A stretch of DNA of 63,595 bases, filler included, from Chrysochromulina tobinii (GCA_001275005.1; 5 parts of 5 records of this genome joined end to end with filler, not necessarily neighbours in it); one strand, 5' to 3'. Positions 10,953 through 22,206 are shown, counted from the whole stretch's first letter. The notes: generated by a model from the letters alone, not told the origin. Made by a program: numbers and translations.

Positions 10953-12404
10953 ATGCTACTTCTTCCATCGGTGGCGTTTGCAGCCCTCGCTGCTCGTCCG
11001 ATGGTGACCGCACGCACAAACATCCGCATGGCTGAGCGTCCAAACTACGACGCATATAGTACCTGGCGGAGGTCCGTACGAGGCCAGATTGACGAGCCGG
11101 ACGAACCGCTGGTCCCGCAGACTGTTGATCTCCGCCGACCATTGACCGGCGCAGCGGCTCGAGCGGCGGCTCGGGAGGCGGCTCGCGAGGCGGCCCGCGA
11201 GGCGTTGGCTCGTGAGGGACCACCCGAGACGGACCGCTGGTATCCCGAGAAGGAGGAAGAGCAGGGCCTCCCGCCGCCGGCGCCTCCTCTTCCGGCCTTA
11301 GAGGTGAGTAGACGTCAGCCGCGCACGCCCGAGGCGGCGATTGTGAGCCTCGAGCGGATCGGGGCGCGCGTCCTGTTTCCACCGCCGGATGGCCAGCCGG
11401 CTCCACCAGAGGCATCGTGGGATGCGCTCGCTGGCGCGGCCGAGCTGCGCGAGCAGGTGGAGGAGGTGCTCGTGCTTCCCCTCAAGTATCCCGAAGCCTT
11501 TGCGTCTGTGCGGGCTGGGACGCGCCGCCTGGGCACAGACCGTGCAGCGGCGCTGCTCTTTTACGGACCGCCGGGCACAGGCAAGACGACCGCGGCGCGC
11601 ATCGCGGCGGCCCAGGCGGGTCTCCCTCTCGTGTATGCGCCTTTAGAAGGTATCCTCTCCAAGTGGTTCGGCCAGGCGGAGCAACAGCTCGCAGCACTCT
11701 TTGACGCGTGCGCCGCCCTCGGCCGGTGTGTGGTCTTCGTGGACGAGCTCGATGCGCTCGCGGGCTCTCGCTCTCGCGACATCGACGACGCGTCGCGCCG
11801 GGTGCTCTCAGTGCTGCTTCGGCGTCTCGATGGTCTCGAAGCGCAGCCAGGCACGACCCTCATCGGGGCGACCAACCGTCGGGCAGACCTCGACGACGCA
11901 CTCCTCTCCCGCTTCGACGTTCGCGTTCACTTCCCCGCGCCCGAGGCGGCGGCGCGCGCGGAGATCCTCGCCATGTACGCGAAGCATCTGACGGCCGACG
12001 TGTGCTCGCGCCTGGGCGCGGCGGCAGTCGGCTTGAGCGGCCGGGATCTCCTCGACGTGTGTCGCCAGGCCGAGCGCCGCTGGGTGACGAAACTGCTCAA
12101 GGGCCAGGTCGTCGAGCCACCGCTCCCGCCGCCTGCGGAATATGAGGATTCCCTCCGCCGCCGGCTCGAGAGCAGTTTTGTCAAAGAGAGCAGTCGAGCT
12201 CTCGAGAACGCTTCCGAGCAGCCGACGAGCGCCGCGACGAGCTCCGCGCGCCCGCCCGCTGCCGTGGACGCGGCCACCGCCCGCTGGAGAGCGCGACGGG
12301 GAGTGGCCAACCCGAGCGCCCTGACGAGCACAGGCTACCCGCAATCTCCTCAGTCCCTCGGTGGCAACTCCATCGTTATCGGGCCCTCGTCATCGGCATG
12401 GTAG
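10953..12404 (+). CDS. AAA+ ATPase, probably plastid-targeted
   Basis: Walker A YGPPGTGKTT, Walker B VVFVDELD, second region of homology GATNRRADLDDALLSRFD. N-terminal signal/transit-like MLLLPSVAFAALAARPMV. Confidence 0.88.
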   Translation: MLLLPSVAFAALAARPMVTARTNIRMAERPNYDAYSTWRRSVRGQIDEPDEPLVPQTVDLRRPLTGAAARAAAREAAREAAREALAREGPPETDRWYPEKEEEQGLPPPAPPLPALEVSRRQPRTPEAAIVSLERIGARVLFPPPDGQPAPPEASWDALAGAAELREQVEEVLVLPLKYPEAFASVRAGTRRLGTDRAAALLFYGPPGTGKTTAARIAAAQAGLPLVYAPLEGILSKWFGQAEQQLAALFDACAALGRCVVFVDELDALAGSRSRDIDDASRRVLSVLLRRLDGLEAQPGTTLIGATNRRADLDDALLSRFDVRVHFPAPEAAARAEILAMYAKHLTADVCSRLGAAAVGLSGRDLLDVCRQAERRWVTKLLKGQVVEPPLPPPAEYEDSLRRRLESSFVKESSRALENASEQPTSAATSSARPPAAVDAATARWRARRGVANPSALTSTGYPQSPQSLGGNSIVIGPSSSAW

Positions 12405-12949
12405 CTCTGTCTTGTTGCCGGTGGACGCTCCAAGCCTTTGTTGCGCGCAAACCGGCTTGCGCTTTTGTACCACATGGTCGCATGTGCATGGAGCATTGTC
12501 GAAGGTTTGGGAGCAGTTCTGGCGGCTTGAGCGGCTTGCTGTTGCTCGGCTGGTTCCGTGGTTCGGTTCGATCCGATTCAGATCCGGATCCGTTCCGGTC
12601 CTGCAGACTGAAGAGACGCGCCGTCCGATATGCGCGTGACCGACAGTTCTCGGTACCGTACGGAATACAATGCCCCGTGTCGCGTGTCGCGGCGCGGGAC
12701 CCTTTGTATACGATTTGTATACGGGTGTTTTAAATGATACTTGGATACCGTATCCCGTCCCGTGTGCATGCCCGGTATGGTATCTCGGAATAACATGTAA
12801 TCATGTAATACACGGTACACTGACGATTGCTTCACGCACGCAGTTGGACCAAGGCCCGGCACCGGACCGACTCGACAGACGCACGCGCAACGGCGCAATT
12901 AACCCATGGCGATTCGCTCCAAGTTTACTCGCTTCACGCAACACGTCCC

Positions 12950-15493
12950 CTATGCCGTTTGGAAGAGTGTCGCGGGGAGTTCATGCACGCCTTCCAAAAC
13001 GAGCCGATCTACCTGCACCGTGTCGAATGTCACGTTCTCGAAGACGGTCGGGGCGCCTCTGTGGAAGCCATACAGCGAGCTCACCGTCCGAGGCGTCACC
13101 TGCACGTTCCAGCCGCTGAAGCTCACGTTGCGAAAGATGGCGGCGGGCTTGTGAGCGTTCGGGCCGAGGATGACTTGATCATCGAGCCACCAGTCATTGG
13201 AGCAAAAGTACCAACGGTCAAGGTTCGTCAAACTTTGAAAGCGCGCGGTAGGCTGTCCATACGTGCCCACGCGCACGATTGACTCGATGCGATTGCCCAC
13301 GCCGCGCGGCACGAAGACGTTACGGATGGACACGTCCTCAATCGTGAGGCCCCATGGGCACGTACGGCTGCCAAGGAGTGAGCCCAGGTTATCGTCCATC
13401 CCGCCCGATTGAGTCACGCGGTGCACGTACACGCCCTGCACGAGCGTCGACGTGAGCGTGTTGCGCCGGATGCCAATGCCGTACGTGCCGAGCTCAATTG
13501 CTGAGCCGATGTTGCCTTGGACGAGCGTCAGGTGCTCCAAGAGCGAAAACGACGAGTCAACCTTGATGTTGTCGTCCGCCGTGTGCAGGTAGAGGTAGCC
13601 GAGGTAGGAGCGGTCGGCGGTGATGCGAGGGCCGTCGGCGGCATCGACCCACGTCCCCGGCGTCTTCACATCGTAGAGGCGCGCGGGCTGGTTGTTCGCC
13701 TCTATGCTATTCTCGCCTCCGAGCGGCACGCGCACGAACTGCAGCCGCACGGTGCCATCGCCACGCTTGGGCCCCCATCCCACCGTCAGCTCCGACACGT
13801 CGACGGCATAGCGGCGGCCGGTAGCCTCGGGTTGGGCACGGCTCGAGAGCTCGACAAGGCCCGACATGATGCGCCAGCGGGTGTGTTGCTCCGCGTCCTC
13901 GAGAGTACGCCAACGTTGCCAGCTGCCGCCGTAGCCGTTGAGCACACTCGCGCTCGGCGCATTCCACACCGGTTGGCCACTCATTTGCATGCGCTCCATC
14001 ATCCTCCGGCCGTTGACGCGGCCGAAACCGTTGACAACAATCGGTCCGAAGCCAGGGGCAGAGCGAATGCGCGGGCGTCCGCTGAGCACGCACGCGGAGG
14101 CATCGACGAGCTGGTAGCAGCCGACGCACTGCGGCTGAGAGCACGGCTCGGTGCGGCACGTGGATTGGCACGAGCCCGCACAGCTGCCGCCGCTGCGACC
14201 GTATAAGTCGAGGGTGGGCGAGGCCTGGATCGCCGCACACACTGCCGCGCATCCCGCATCGTCGCGCACCGGGTGCTCGACGTACGTGTTGCTGATCGGG
14301 GTGCTCACGTCAGCGCCGTCCTCCAGATGGATGAGTACCGAGCCACCATCGGCCATCGACGAGCCCGCAAGAGGGCCGAGGAACGTGACGGCACCGACGG
14401 GCTGCCCGAGGCGCCACGGAGCACCAGACGGCTCGTAGCATTGCCATCGCGGCGGCTGCAGGTCGCACGTGCCGCTCGCGATGCCAGCCGCGGGGATATC
14501 GTCCACGATCGTGCAGCAGTGGTCGTACTGCGAGCAGTCATACACGGCGTTCGCGGCGCGGAAACTGATCCAGAGAGCCTGGATCTTCGTGCCGTCGCCC
14601 TGAGCGCCGTCGCGAGCGCTATCAGGCACGAGTGTCAGATGGACAGGGGCTCCTCGTGGAGATGCTTTGGGGGGGTAGGGCACAACGAGCAGCCCGCCCT
14701 TCGAGTGGAGGCTCTCGTCTTGATAGAAAGCGCTAAAGTCGCCCGCGCTGCTTCGCAGCCGGAGCGACGTCGTCGCCTCCTTCGCCTCCGCAGGCAGCAC
14801 AAACTGCGTCGTGTATAGATGCGTCAGATCGGACCAGCCGGGCCAGTGAGCTCCCTCGCTCTCGCGCGGATACGCGGCGCACTGCTTGGTGGCCGCAAAC
14901 GGCGTGCCCAAGGGATCGATGGCCTCGAGCGCCATGGCCAGCAGCTCCGCATCAGCAGCGCAGGGCGGGAGGTTCGGCAGCGGCGGCAGCGGCGGCAGCG
15001 GCGGCAACGGCGGCAACGGTGGCGTCGGCGACGGTGGCGTCGGCAGCGGCGGCGGCGGCGACGACGACGGTGGCGTCGGCAGCGGCAGCGGCTGCGGCGG
15101 CGGCGACGGCGACGGTGGCGACGGTGGCGAATTTAGCAGTGGCGATGACGGCGATCGCGATGGCGGTGACGGCGCGCTGCTGCGTGGGAGGGGGGCGGCA
15201 CTTGGTGATGCGGTCGCCGATGCTACTGCGGCTGCCGCTTCAACTTCAGCACGTGGAAGAATGGCCCATGGCCAGTCCTTGCTTGCCACCTCGGCGTCAT
15301 CCGTCAGCAGCAGCAAGACGCCCACAAAACACATGCAAAAGGTGCAAAAGGCACACGCGAATTGCATACCCGTCCGCCACTGCCAACCCGCTGACGAGCT
15401 CTCACCTTTTTCCACGGGAGTGTATGCGGGTGCGGACCGGCTAGTGCCCTTCGTGGACGAGCTCGTTAAGGGTCTTGAAGAGGTGCTCGGCAT
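12950..15493 (-). CDS. Type II membrane protein with Pro/Ser stalk and GH49/pectin-lyase-like beta-helix glycoside hydrolase domain
   Basis: Likely ATG at 15493, TM segment FACAFCTFCMCFVGVLLLL, SPPP stalk. GFGRVNG, WVDAADGP, YLHTADDNIKV and GSAIELG resemble the GH49-type (dextranase/isopullulanase) xDG...HxxDDxIK catalytic region. Confidence 0.55.
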   Translation of the reverse strand: MPSTSSRPLTSSSTKGTSRSAPAYTPVEKGESSSAGWQWRTGMQFACAFCTFCMCFVGVLLLLTDDAEVASKDWPWAILPRAEVEAAAAVASATASPSAAPLPRSSAPSPPSRSPSSPLLNSPPSPPSPSPPPQPLPLPTPPSSSPPPPLPTPPSPTPPLPPLPPLPPLPPLPNLPPCAADAELLAMALEAIDPLGTPFAATKQCAAYPRESEGAHWPGWSDLTHLYTTQFVLPAEAKEATTSLRLRSSAGDFSAFYQDESLHSKGGLLVVPYPPKASPRGAPVHLTLVPDSARDGAQGDGTKIQALWISFRAANAVYDCSQYDHCCTIVDDIPAAGIASGTCDLQPPRWQCYEPSGAPWRLGQPVGAVTFLGPLAGSSMADGGSVLIHLEDGADVSTPISNTYVEHPVRDDAGCAAVCAAIQASPTLDLYGRSGGSCAGSCQSTCRTEPCSQPQCVGCYQLVDASACVLSGRPRIRSAPGFGPIVVNGFGRVNGRRMMERMQMSGQPVWNAPSASVLNGYGGSWQRWRTLEDAEQHTRWRIMSGLVELSSRAQPEATGRRYAVDVSELTVGWGPKRGDGTVRLQFVRVPLGGENSIEANNQPARLYDVKTPGTWVDAADGPRITADRSYLGYLYLHTADDNIKVDSSFSLLEHLTLVQGNIGSAIELGTYGIGIRRNTLTSTLVQGVYVHRVTQSGGMDDNLGSLLGSRTCPWGLTIEDVSIRNVFVPRGVGNRIESIVRVGTYGQPTARFQSLTNLDRWYFCSNDWWLDDQVILGPNAHKPAAIFRNVSFSGWNVQVTPRTVSSLYGFHRGAPTVFENVTFDTVQVDRLVLEGVHELPATLFQTA

Positions 15494-15653
15494 CCCGAAG
15501 AGCCGCCTGCACTGTGAATTGCCTGAAATGCCTGTGAATAGACTGAAATATGAACAGCTAAAATTCCCCGAGAATCGCCCCGCGCCGCCCCCCCCCCCCT
15601 CCGCGCGTGTGTTTCTCCGCTCCGCTCCGCTACAGTACCAGTATCCCACACGA

Positions 15654-16835
15654 ATGTCGACGTCAGACGAGGTCGGCAGCGCTCTGCAACTACGCCTCAA
15701 TCCGTTCGCTCGAAACGAGGCCGATCCGGCCGCACTCTTTTTCCCTCTCGGGGCCAGCGTTGCTGCGCGCGTCTGGCATGACTACGACATGGCAGTGCGT
15801 GCCGCATCTCCCATCGACCGAGCGGAGGCAATCGCTTCAGGACTAATTGTGGGCTCGCTTGGCGTCGCCTTCGATGCGCGGTGGAACTTCTCGTCGCTGA
15901 TCGCCCAGCACGTCAAGGAATCTCTGCTGCTGCATGGCAATTTGCAGGAACGGCGCTTGCAGCTGGCCTTTTTGCACGACGATCACGAGCTCCGGCCAAT
16001 CAAGCAACGCCAGGGAATTACCCAGCTCATCCATCCGTGGCCTTCGCTCGACTCCAACAGCTTTCATAATGCAGCTGGTCGGCATCGGAAAATGCAAAAG
16101 GCTGGCATGCCGTGGGCTGGCGTCGACGAGGCTGCCCACGAGCTGGAGCGGCTTGGCGTCTTTCGCTTTGACGGCGCCGCCTGGGGCCTGCGCAATGCCC
16201 TTGGCAGCGATGCACTTAGTCATCTTGATGCGGTGCACGGCGGTAAGGCGACGGCGGTCAGCAGCAAGGGCTGGGCACCTCAACTGCAAGGCGTGGGCTC
16301 ATCACTCCAACCTGTGGTGGAGCTCGCATTGGGACGCTTCCGCTCTCTCGCCGAAGCCTATCTTGGCCAGGTCGAGATCTCCTCGATCAATATGCTACGT
16401 CTACCGGCCCGCGAGCTGAGCACCAAAGAGTACGTCTCGGGCATCCACCATCACGATCGCTGTGGCCGCCGACTCAAGTGCTTCGTCTTCGCGTCCAACG
16501 TGACAGAGGACTCGCATCCGCCTGAGGTCGTCATTGGCAGTCACACGACGCTCTACTACGCCAACAGCCCATTCGAATGCACGCGCTTCGCCGAGGCGGA
16601 AGTGCAGCAGCGGTTTGCGACTCGTCGTCTGCTGCTGCTTGGTGGCGTGGGCGACGGGTTCTGCTTTGACACGAATTCTCTTCACCGCGGCACGCCTTTC
16701 GGCGCGCGCCGGCGTGACGTGCTCGTCTTTCAGCTCGACCAAGTGGGAACAAACAAAGCGACGCTCCTGCGTCGAGGCATGCTGCCGTGCTACAGTCACC
16801 ATCCTCTGTTCAAGTTTGGCACGAGCAGGACGTAA
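15654..16835 (+). CDS. Phytanoyl-CoA dioxygenase-like Fe(II)/2OG oxygenase
   Basis: HxD motif in IHHHDRCG, LKCFVF...V...P...V.GSH, and GDGFCFDTNSLHRG carrying the distal His. ATG at 15654 inside the long ORF 14886..16835. Confidence 0.75.
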   Translation: MSTSDEVGSALQLRLNPFARNEADPAALFFPLGASVAARVWHDYDMAVRAASPIDRAEAIASGLIVGSLGVAFDARWNFSSLIAQHVKESLLLHGNLQERRLQLAFLHDDHELRPIKQRQGITQLIHPWPSLDSNSFHNAAGRHRKMQKAGMPWAGVDEAAHELERLGVFRFDGAAWGLRNALGSDALSHLDAVHGGKATAVSSKGWAPQLQGVGSSLQPVVELALGRFRSLAEAYLGQVEISSINMLRLPARELSTKEYVSGIHHHDRCGRRLKCFVFASNVTEDSHPPEVVIGSHTTLYYANSPFECTRFAEAEVQQRFATRRLLLLGGVGDGFCFDTNSLHRGTPFGARRRDVLVFQLDQVGTNKATLLRRGMLPCYSHHPLFKFGTSRT

Positions 16836-17181
16836 GCAAGCAAGCAAGCAGGTTCGGGTTAGGGTTAGGATGTAAAGTGAAGTTTCTGAACTGATTAGAA
16901 TTCACATTAATTTTTGTTTCCCCATGATTTTTTCGTTTCGAATGCTGGATAATGCTCTAGAATCAAGAATGGAGAGGAGCGTAGTTTCTTCTAAAGTTCG
17001 CCGGCCACATTTCGGGAAAAGTGGCCTGTCGGTGCACGCCGTTGCCCGATGTCGACAAAGGCTGAGGGTCGTGCATTTTGTGTCGGACGCCCGCGATGAC
17101 AGACAGACAACGTACTGTACAGTATACTGCTGTATACAGGACTTGTCCTGACGTCATGACTTCCACACTTCGACATGCATC

Positions 17182-18345
17182 TCACAGCTCGAACTTTGCG
17201 CCCACCTGACGGAGCTCGAGTTCCGTCTCGACCTCTGCCTCGATGTTGTGGATCCAATCCTGGGCATGATGGAAGGCCGCGGCGCCTCCAAACTTCGGGT
17301 TCGAGCGGCATTCGACCAACTCATCCGACGAGAGCTGGCGGTCCCCATTGGTGTCGGCGAGTCCAAACAGCGCCTGCATGGCAGCGAGCCCTGCAAATGT
17401 GCCGCTCGCGTATGCAAAGTGCTCCTTGGCGTCGATCCGCGCGTCGCCATTCGCATCCAAGCCAGCGAAGATGGCCTTCGCCTCCTCATCCGACTTGGCG
17501 ATCTGCTCGCGCGAGGCGCCTTCGAGCTTCGCCGCCGCTATCTGCTTGAACTCTCGCATGGTGAGCACATCGCTGACACGACAGAGAGCCCGAACGGCAG
17601 ATGAGGGAGCGTGAAACATGACAGGCACGCAGAGAAAAGCGCGGCAGTGAGAGATGAGGGGTGTAGGGGAGAGAGCGGTCTGGGTCTGCGGGTGCTGGGT
17701 AGTGGGTTTGAGCGCGGCAATGTGCTCTCACTCCTTGTTGACGTCGAGATTCTGGAAGCTGAACATGAAGTTGAACAGTGGCGACGCCTCCTCGTGGGAA
17801 AGGACTGCGTCTCCGTCATCGTCAAAGGCTGGAAATTTGCGTCGAAAATGCGCCTTCCTCTCGTCTGGAATGTTCAGGTGCCTCAGGTCCTTTGCAAACT
17901 CCTGCTGGCTCAGACGTCCATCCTTGTTCGCGTCCATTGTTTCCATGATTCGAAAGGAGCTTTGGGCCTCGAGAGAGGTTCGTAGAACCTTGACGAACGT
18001 GAAAGCTTCGTCCAGCGAGACCTTCGAGTCGGCGTCGGTGTCCATCGTCGCATGCAATTGGCGCATTTGGGCGCCAGACATGACCTTCACCATTCGCGGG
18101 CCTGGTGACTTTGGAGGCGATGGCGCTCTCGGCGGTGGCGCTCTCGGCGACGGCGATCTCAACGGAGGCGCTTTCGGCGGAAGCGGTCTCTGCGAAGACG
18201 GAGATGCCACCGTCGGGGGCACGGTGGTTGGTGTCTCACTTGCGGCTGCGATGGCAAACAGAACAACGAGTGTGCGGCGCAGAGAACATCGGCACAGAGA
18301 ACAACGAGGCAGAGACGGCACAGATGACACGGCGATGAGCGTCAT
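17182..18345 (-). CDS. Secretory-pathway multi-EF-hand calcium-binding protein ending in KFEL; 2 exons
   Basis: EF loops DTDADSKVSLDE, DANKDGRLSQQE, DDDGDAVLSHEE, DANGDARIDAKE and DTNGDRQLSSDE. Splicing intron 17731-17573 restores a sixth loop, DVNKDDVLTMRE. Hydrophobic N-terminal segment and KDEL-like C-terminus. Confidence 0.85.
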
Positions 18346-18848
18346 GCCCCGGCGCGCCGCCCGCGCCGCGCGGAAGGGCGACAGCAGCCGACGCCTCTCG
18401 GGCTCCTCCGTATTGCGTCGAGATACCTTGAAAGGGAACAAACCAAAACGTACACATGCACATGCATGCATGCAGATGTGCCTTTTGAACGATGCTACGC
18501 AGCGATCGCGCCGCACCGTATATTGACTCACCAGCGGTCCGAACCCCACCCCCCAACCCGTCAAGCGGCCACGCTTAAAGGATCCTTAGGCACATGTATA
18601 CATCGCGATCGGCCCCCATCCGCCCCCCCATGCCGAATTCGTTCACGTTACCCCCCCCATGTACATGCCCTTAGGGAAAAGTAAGGGAAAAGTGCAGAGG
18701 CACACTGATCGTCGCCGGAGAGGATGTGGCCAATCTATGGTAGCCCCCGCTGAACTTGCGCGAAGGCCGTTTTTTTAACCTTGACCTTTTAAACAAGCCT
18801 TGACCCCCGCCCGTTGATCGGGTCGCTGAATACCTCGGAATTGAAACC

Positions 18849-18940
18849 GTGGTTTATACCGTCAAGCCCTGGTGGTTTATACTGTCAAGCCCTGGTGGTT
18901 TATACTGTCAAGCCCTGGTGGTCTGCATACTGTCAACTGT
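18849..18940. repeat. 23-bp tandem repeat (GTGGTTTATACTGTCAAGCCCTG), three near-perfect copies plus one degenerate copy
   Basis: Visible in intergenic DNA; the units abut with no spacers. Confidence 0.9.
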
Positions 18941-19303
18941 GGTCGTGCCAGCATTTCGTTTTCCGGTTTTTACATGGGGTTTTAGCTACAAGCTTTTACT
19001 AGCCGGCACCCGACCTGGCGTGGTTTCTTTTAGAAGCGCCTCCCCGCTCCGCTCGAGCTCGACTTACACCGAGGGGTGGCCTCGCGCCGCGGGTTTATAA
19101 GTAGTAGCGAGGTGGTCACTAGATCTTATGAGAGTAATGTAAACACTAAACCGTAGGTACGCCTCTCTGCTCGGCACTTGGCGAGATGACTCCAGCATCC
19201 GCCACCGATTTGCCGTGCTGCCCGCGAGGTAGTGGCCTTGCTCGATCGGGACGTCACTGGGTCGTCCCCGGTGCAAACCCCTTGGCCCGCGCTGCGCGGC
19301 GGG

Positions 19304-22042
19304 TCACTCCCGGGGCTTTGGTCTGCCAAACACGACACGGATGATCCACTTGGCCGGGCGGAATCTTTTGGGCTTGTTGCTCCGCCCCTCGTGTCCCGAA
19401 GCGCTCGCGGCGCCCTGCTTTCGCCTCGAGAGCACCTCATCGAGTGTAAGCTTTGCTGGCGAGACGTAATCAGCAGGCGAGTCGAAGCTAGAGAAGCCTC
19501 CGGGCGATGGAGCCAAGCCACCCCCTCTGCTCAGCCTCGAGCGCGAGTCGGCGGTACTCAAGGGCGAGGGATTGACCGACCAGGCATCGTACGCATTCGG
19601 CACGGGGCTCGCGCCGAATCCGAACGTGCGACCCCGACCACTGAGCCGGCCACCGCTGCCGCCGCCGCCGCCGCTGCCGCTGTGGCCCATTGCGACGCCT
19701 CCGTGCCCTTCGCCGAGGCTGGCGACACTGCTGCCGCCCCGCGCCGCCTGTGGGGTAGCGCTGTACTGGTCGTCGTCGTGCTCCTCAGTCCGCAGAGCTG
19801 CGTCCTCGAGCGCCTTCTCGAGCTGTTGGATACGCTCGTGCGCGTGAGCGAGGGCCTTCTCGGCCGCCTTCGCAGCCTTCTCCGCTTGACGAGACTCGAC
19901 GCGCAGCCGCGAGTTGGTCTGCATCTTCTGGGCCTCGGCGGCACTCCACTCATCCTCTAGTGCGCTCACCTGCGGCAACCAGGCCGGCAAGTAAGGAGGC
20001 GATCAGACGCAATCGGACGCAATCAGACGTCCATCACGATCCTTCAGAGGGCAGGCAGGGACACTGAGCTCACCTGCACTGACGCCGTCGCGAGCGCCTC
20101 CTCCGCGTCGCTGAGCGTCGTGCTGAGCGCAACCGCGACCGAATATTGCTCGATCGCTGCCGTGGTGGGCGCATGCCGCTCATCACGACGCTCGAAGGCG
20201 GGCCCGTTCGCCGAGAGCGTCTGCTGTGCCTCCCTGAGCTTGCCTTGCACGCTCCTCAATGGGCGAGCGCTCAGGGTGGCCTCTGCGCGTTCACAGGTAG
20301 CCTCGAATTCACAGGTGGCCTCTGCGCTCGGCACCATTGCTTTGGGCTTCGGCTTCGGAAAGCCGGCCAACAGAACGGGCACCGCAGGCGGCGCCGGTGG
20401 GGCAGAGCGCAGCGTCGCCGCCTCCGGCAGCGTCGCCACCTCCTGCAGCGTCGCCGCCTCCGGCAGCGTCGCCACCTCCGCGTCCTCGAGCGCCTTCTCG
20501 AGCTGTTGGATACGCTCATGCGCGTGAGCGAGGGCCTTCTCGGCCGCCTTCGCCGCCTTCTCCGCTTGACGAGACTCGACGCGCAGCCGCGAGTTGGTCT
20601 GCATCTTCTGGGCCTCGGCGGCACTCCACTCATCCTCTAGTGCGCTCACCTGCGGCAACCAGGCCGGCAAGTAAGGAGGCGATCAGACGCAATCGGACGC
20701 AATCAGACGTCCATCACGATCCTTGAGAGGGCAGGCAGGGACACTGAGCTCACCTGCACTGACGCCGTCGCGAGCGCCTCCTCCGCGTCGCTGAGCGTCG
20801 TGCTGAGCGCCACCGCGACCGAGTACTGCTCGATCGCGAGGAGAGCTAAGCTCGTCTTGCCTGCACCCGTCGGAGCGCCTACGAGCGTCGTGCTGAGCGC
20901 CGTGCTGAGCGTCGTGCTGAGCGTCGTGCTGAGCGTCGTGCTGAGCGTCTTGCCTGCACCCGTCGGAGCGTCGACGAGCATCTTCTCATTCGAATCGAGC
21001 GCCACGCCCACGACGGCGCTCTGGAGCGCATGCTCAGGCAGATCGCTCATCTGGACCAGCCTCGGCTCGAGTCTCGTGGTTGGGGCGGGTGGCACCGGCA
21101 CCTCCTCCCACCCCTTTCCGGTGCGCTGTACAGTTCCCTCTGGGAGCGCCTTGCCCAATCCGCTGCTGGAGGCGAGACTACGCAGCTGCGCGAGCGCCGA
21201 GTCGGGCGCGAGCGGCTTCACCGCCTTCGCCGCCTTCGCCGCCTCCTCCTGACGAAGCCGTTTCGTCGCCGGTTCGAATCCGGCCGCGCTCAGCCACTCG
21301 AGCTCGGCCGCGATCTCGTCGGGAGATCGCGTCTCATCGAGCGCGGCGCGGCGCTTCTCCTTGGCAAGTTTCGTCGCGTCCGTGCGCCTCTGCTCCTCCT
21401 CGAGCTCCTGCTGCGACTTGCCTAATTTGGACGTGGTGGTCATGGCCATGCAACCAACGGGCGCTGTGTCGGGCGCTGCGGGGCCGCCGCCGGCACCTCC
21501 ACTGCCACCCAGCCCGCCGCTCGAGCTCCCGTCCGCATCCGCATGCTCAGCGGCGGCGAGCAGCCGCTCCAGATCGTCCTTCACACGCACCCGTGCGGGC
21601 AGCACCGTCGCAATCAGCTCCAGCGCGCCGAGGCCGAGCAGGCTGAGCAGGTCGCCCTGCAGTGCGTGACGAGTCGTGGTGGGCGCATGGGACCATCAGT
21701 TGGCCATCGGTGGCCATCAGTGGCAATCAGTGGCCATCGATGGCAAATCACCTGCAGTGCGTCATCCTCCGCCGTATTGGAGTAGAGTTGCCCGAGGAGC
21801 GTTGCACTGAGCATATCCACCTCTGCGTCGGTCGCCACGCCACCCCTTTCCGGATTCGCATACAGATGCATGCGGCAGCGCTCGCGTACCCAACCGATGG
21901 TCCCTTCTGGCGAAGCGCCGCCGCCAGCAGCACCGCCGCCGCCATTGCTACCCCCAATGCCGCTGCCGCTGCCGCCGCCGTCGGCTGTCGCCGCCGCGCT
22001 CGCCGCCGCCGCGCTCGCCGGCGGCCTTCTGAGAGACTGCAT
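19304..22042 (-). CDS. Chimeric gene: truncated ASCC3/Slh1/Brr2-like helicase N-terminus fused to a duplicated coiled-coil module; 4 exons
   Basis: Exons 22042-21752, 21656-20754, 20649-20074 and 19969-19304 are all phase 0 and open. LQ|GDLLSLLGLGALELIATVL, LPEGTVQRTGKGWEEVPVP, LVQMSDLP and SNEKMLVDAPTGAGKT match the lead-in and Walker A of ASCC3/Brr2. No DExH motif follows. Confidence 0.6.
19800..20837. repeat. ~358-bp direct duplication (19800-20157 and 20480-20837) including a 104-nt intron in each copy
   Basis: Near-identical segments at offset 680 with only scattered substitutions. Confidence 0.92.
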
Positions 22043-22164
22043 TGCAAAGTTCGGGCAGCACGACGACGTGGTACGGCAGGCCGAGGTTGCCAGGGTTCGC
22101 GCTGAAGTCAGAAGTGCGACCTAATTAGGACTCGTCGCAGGCAAAGTAGGATAAGTCTGTTGCT

Positions 22165-22206
<42 letters not shown>

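Noticed and set aside
12440..12900. Palindrome-rich intergenic stretch (also ~7870-8060, 37870-38110, 48620-49120) as MITEs or structured RNAs
   Set aside because: I could not define terminal inverted repeats, target-site duplications, a second copy or a known RNA fold by eye.
14886..15653. Gly-rich N-terminal half of the 649-aa plus-strand ORF
   Set aside because: It is the antisense shadow of the Pro-rich stalk of the minus-strand gene; the dioxygenase more plausibly starts at 15654.
18849..18940. 23-bp repeats as a CRISPR array
   Set aside because: Units abut with no unique spacers, there are no cas genes, and the context is eukaryotic.
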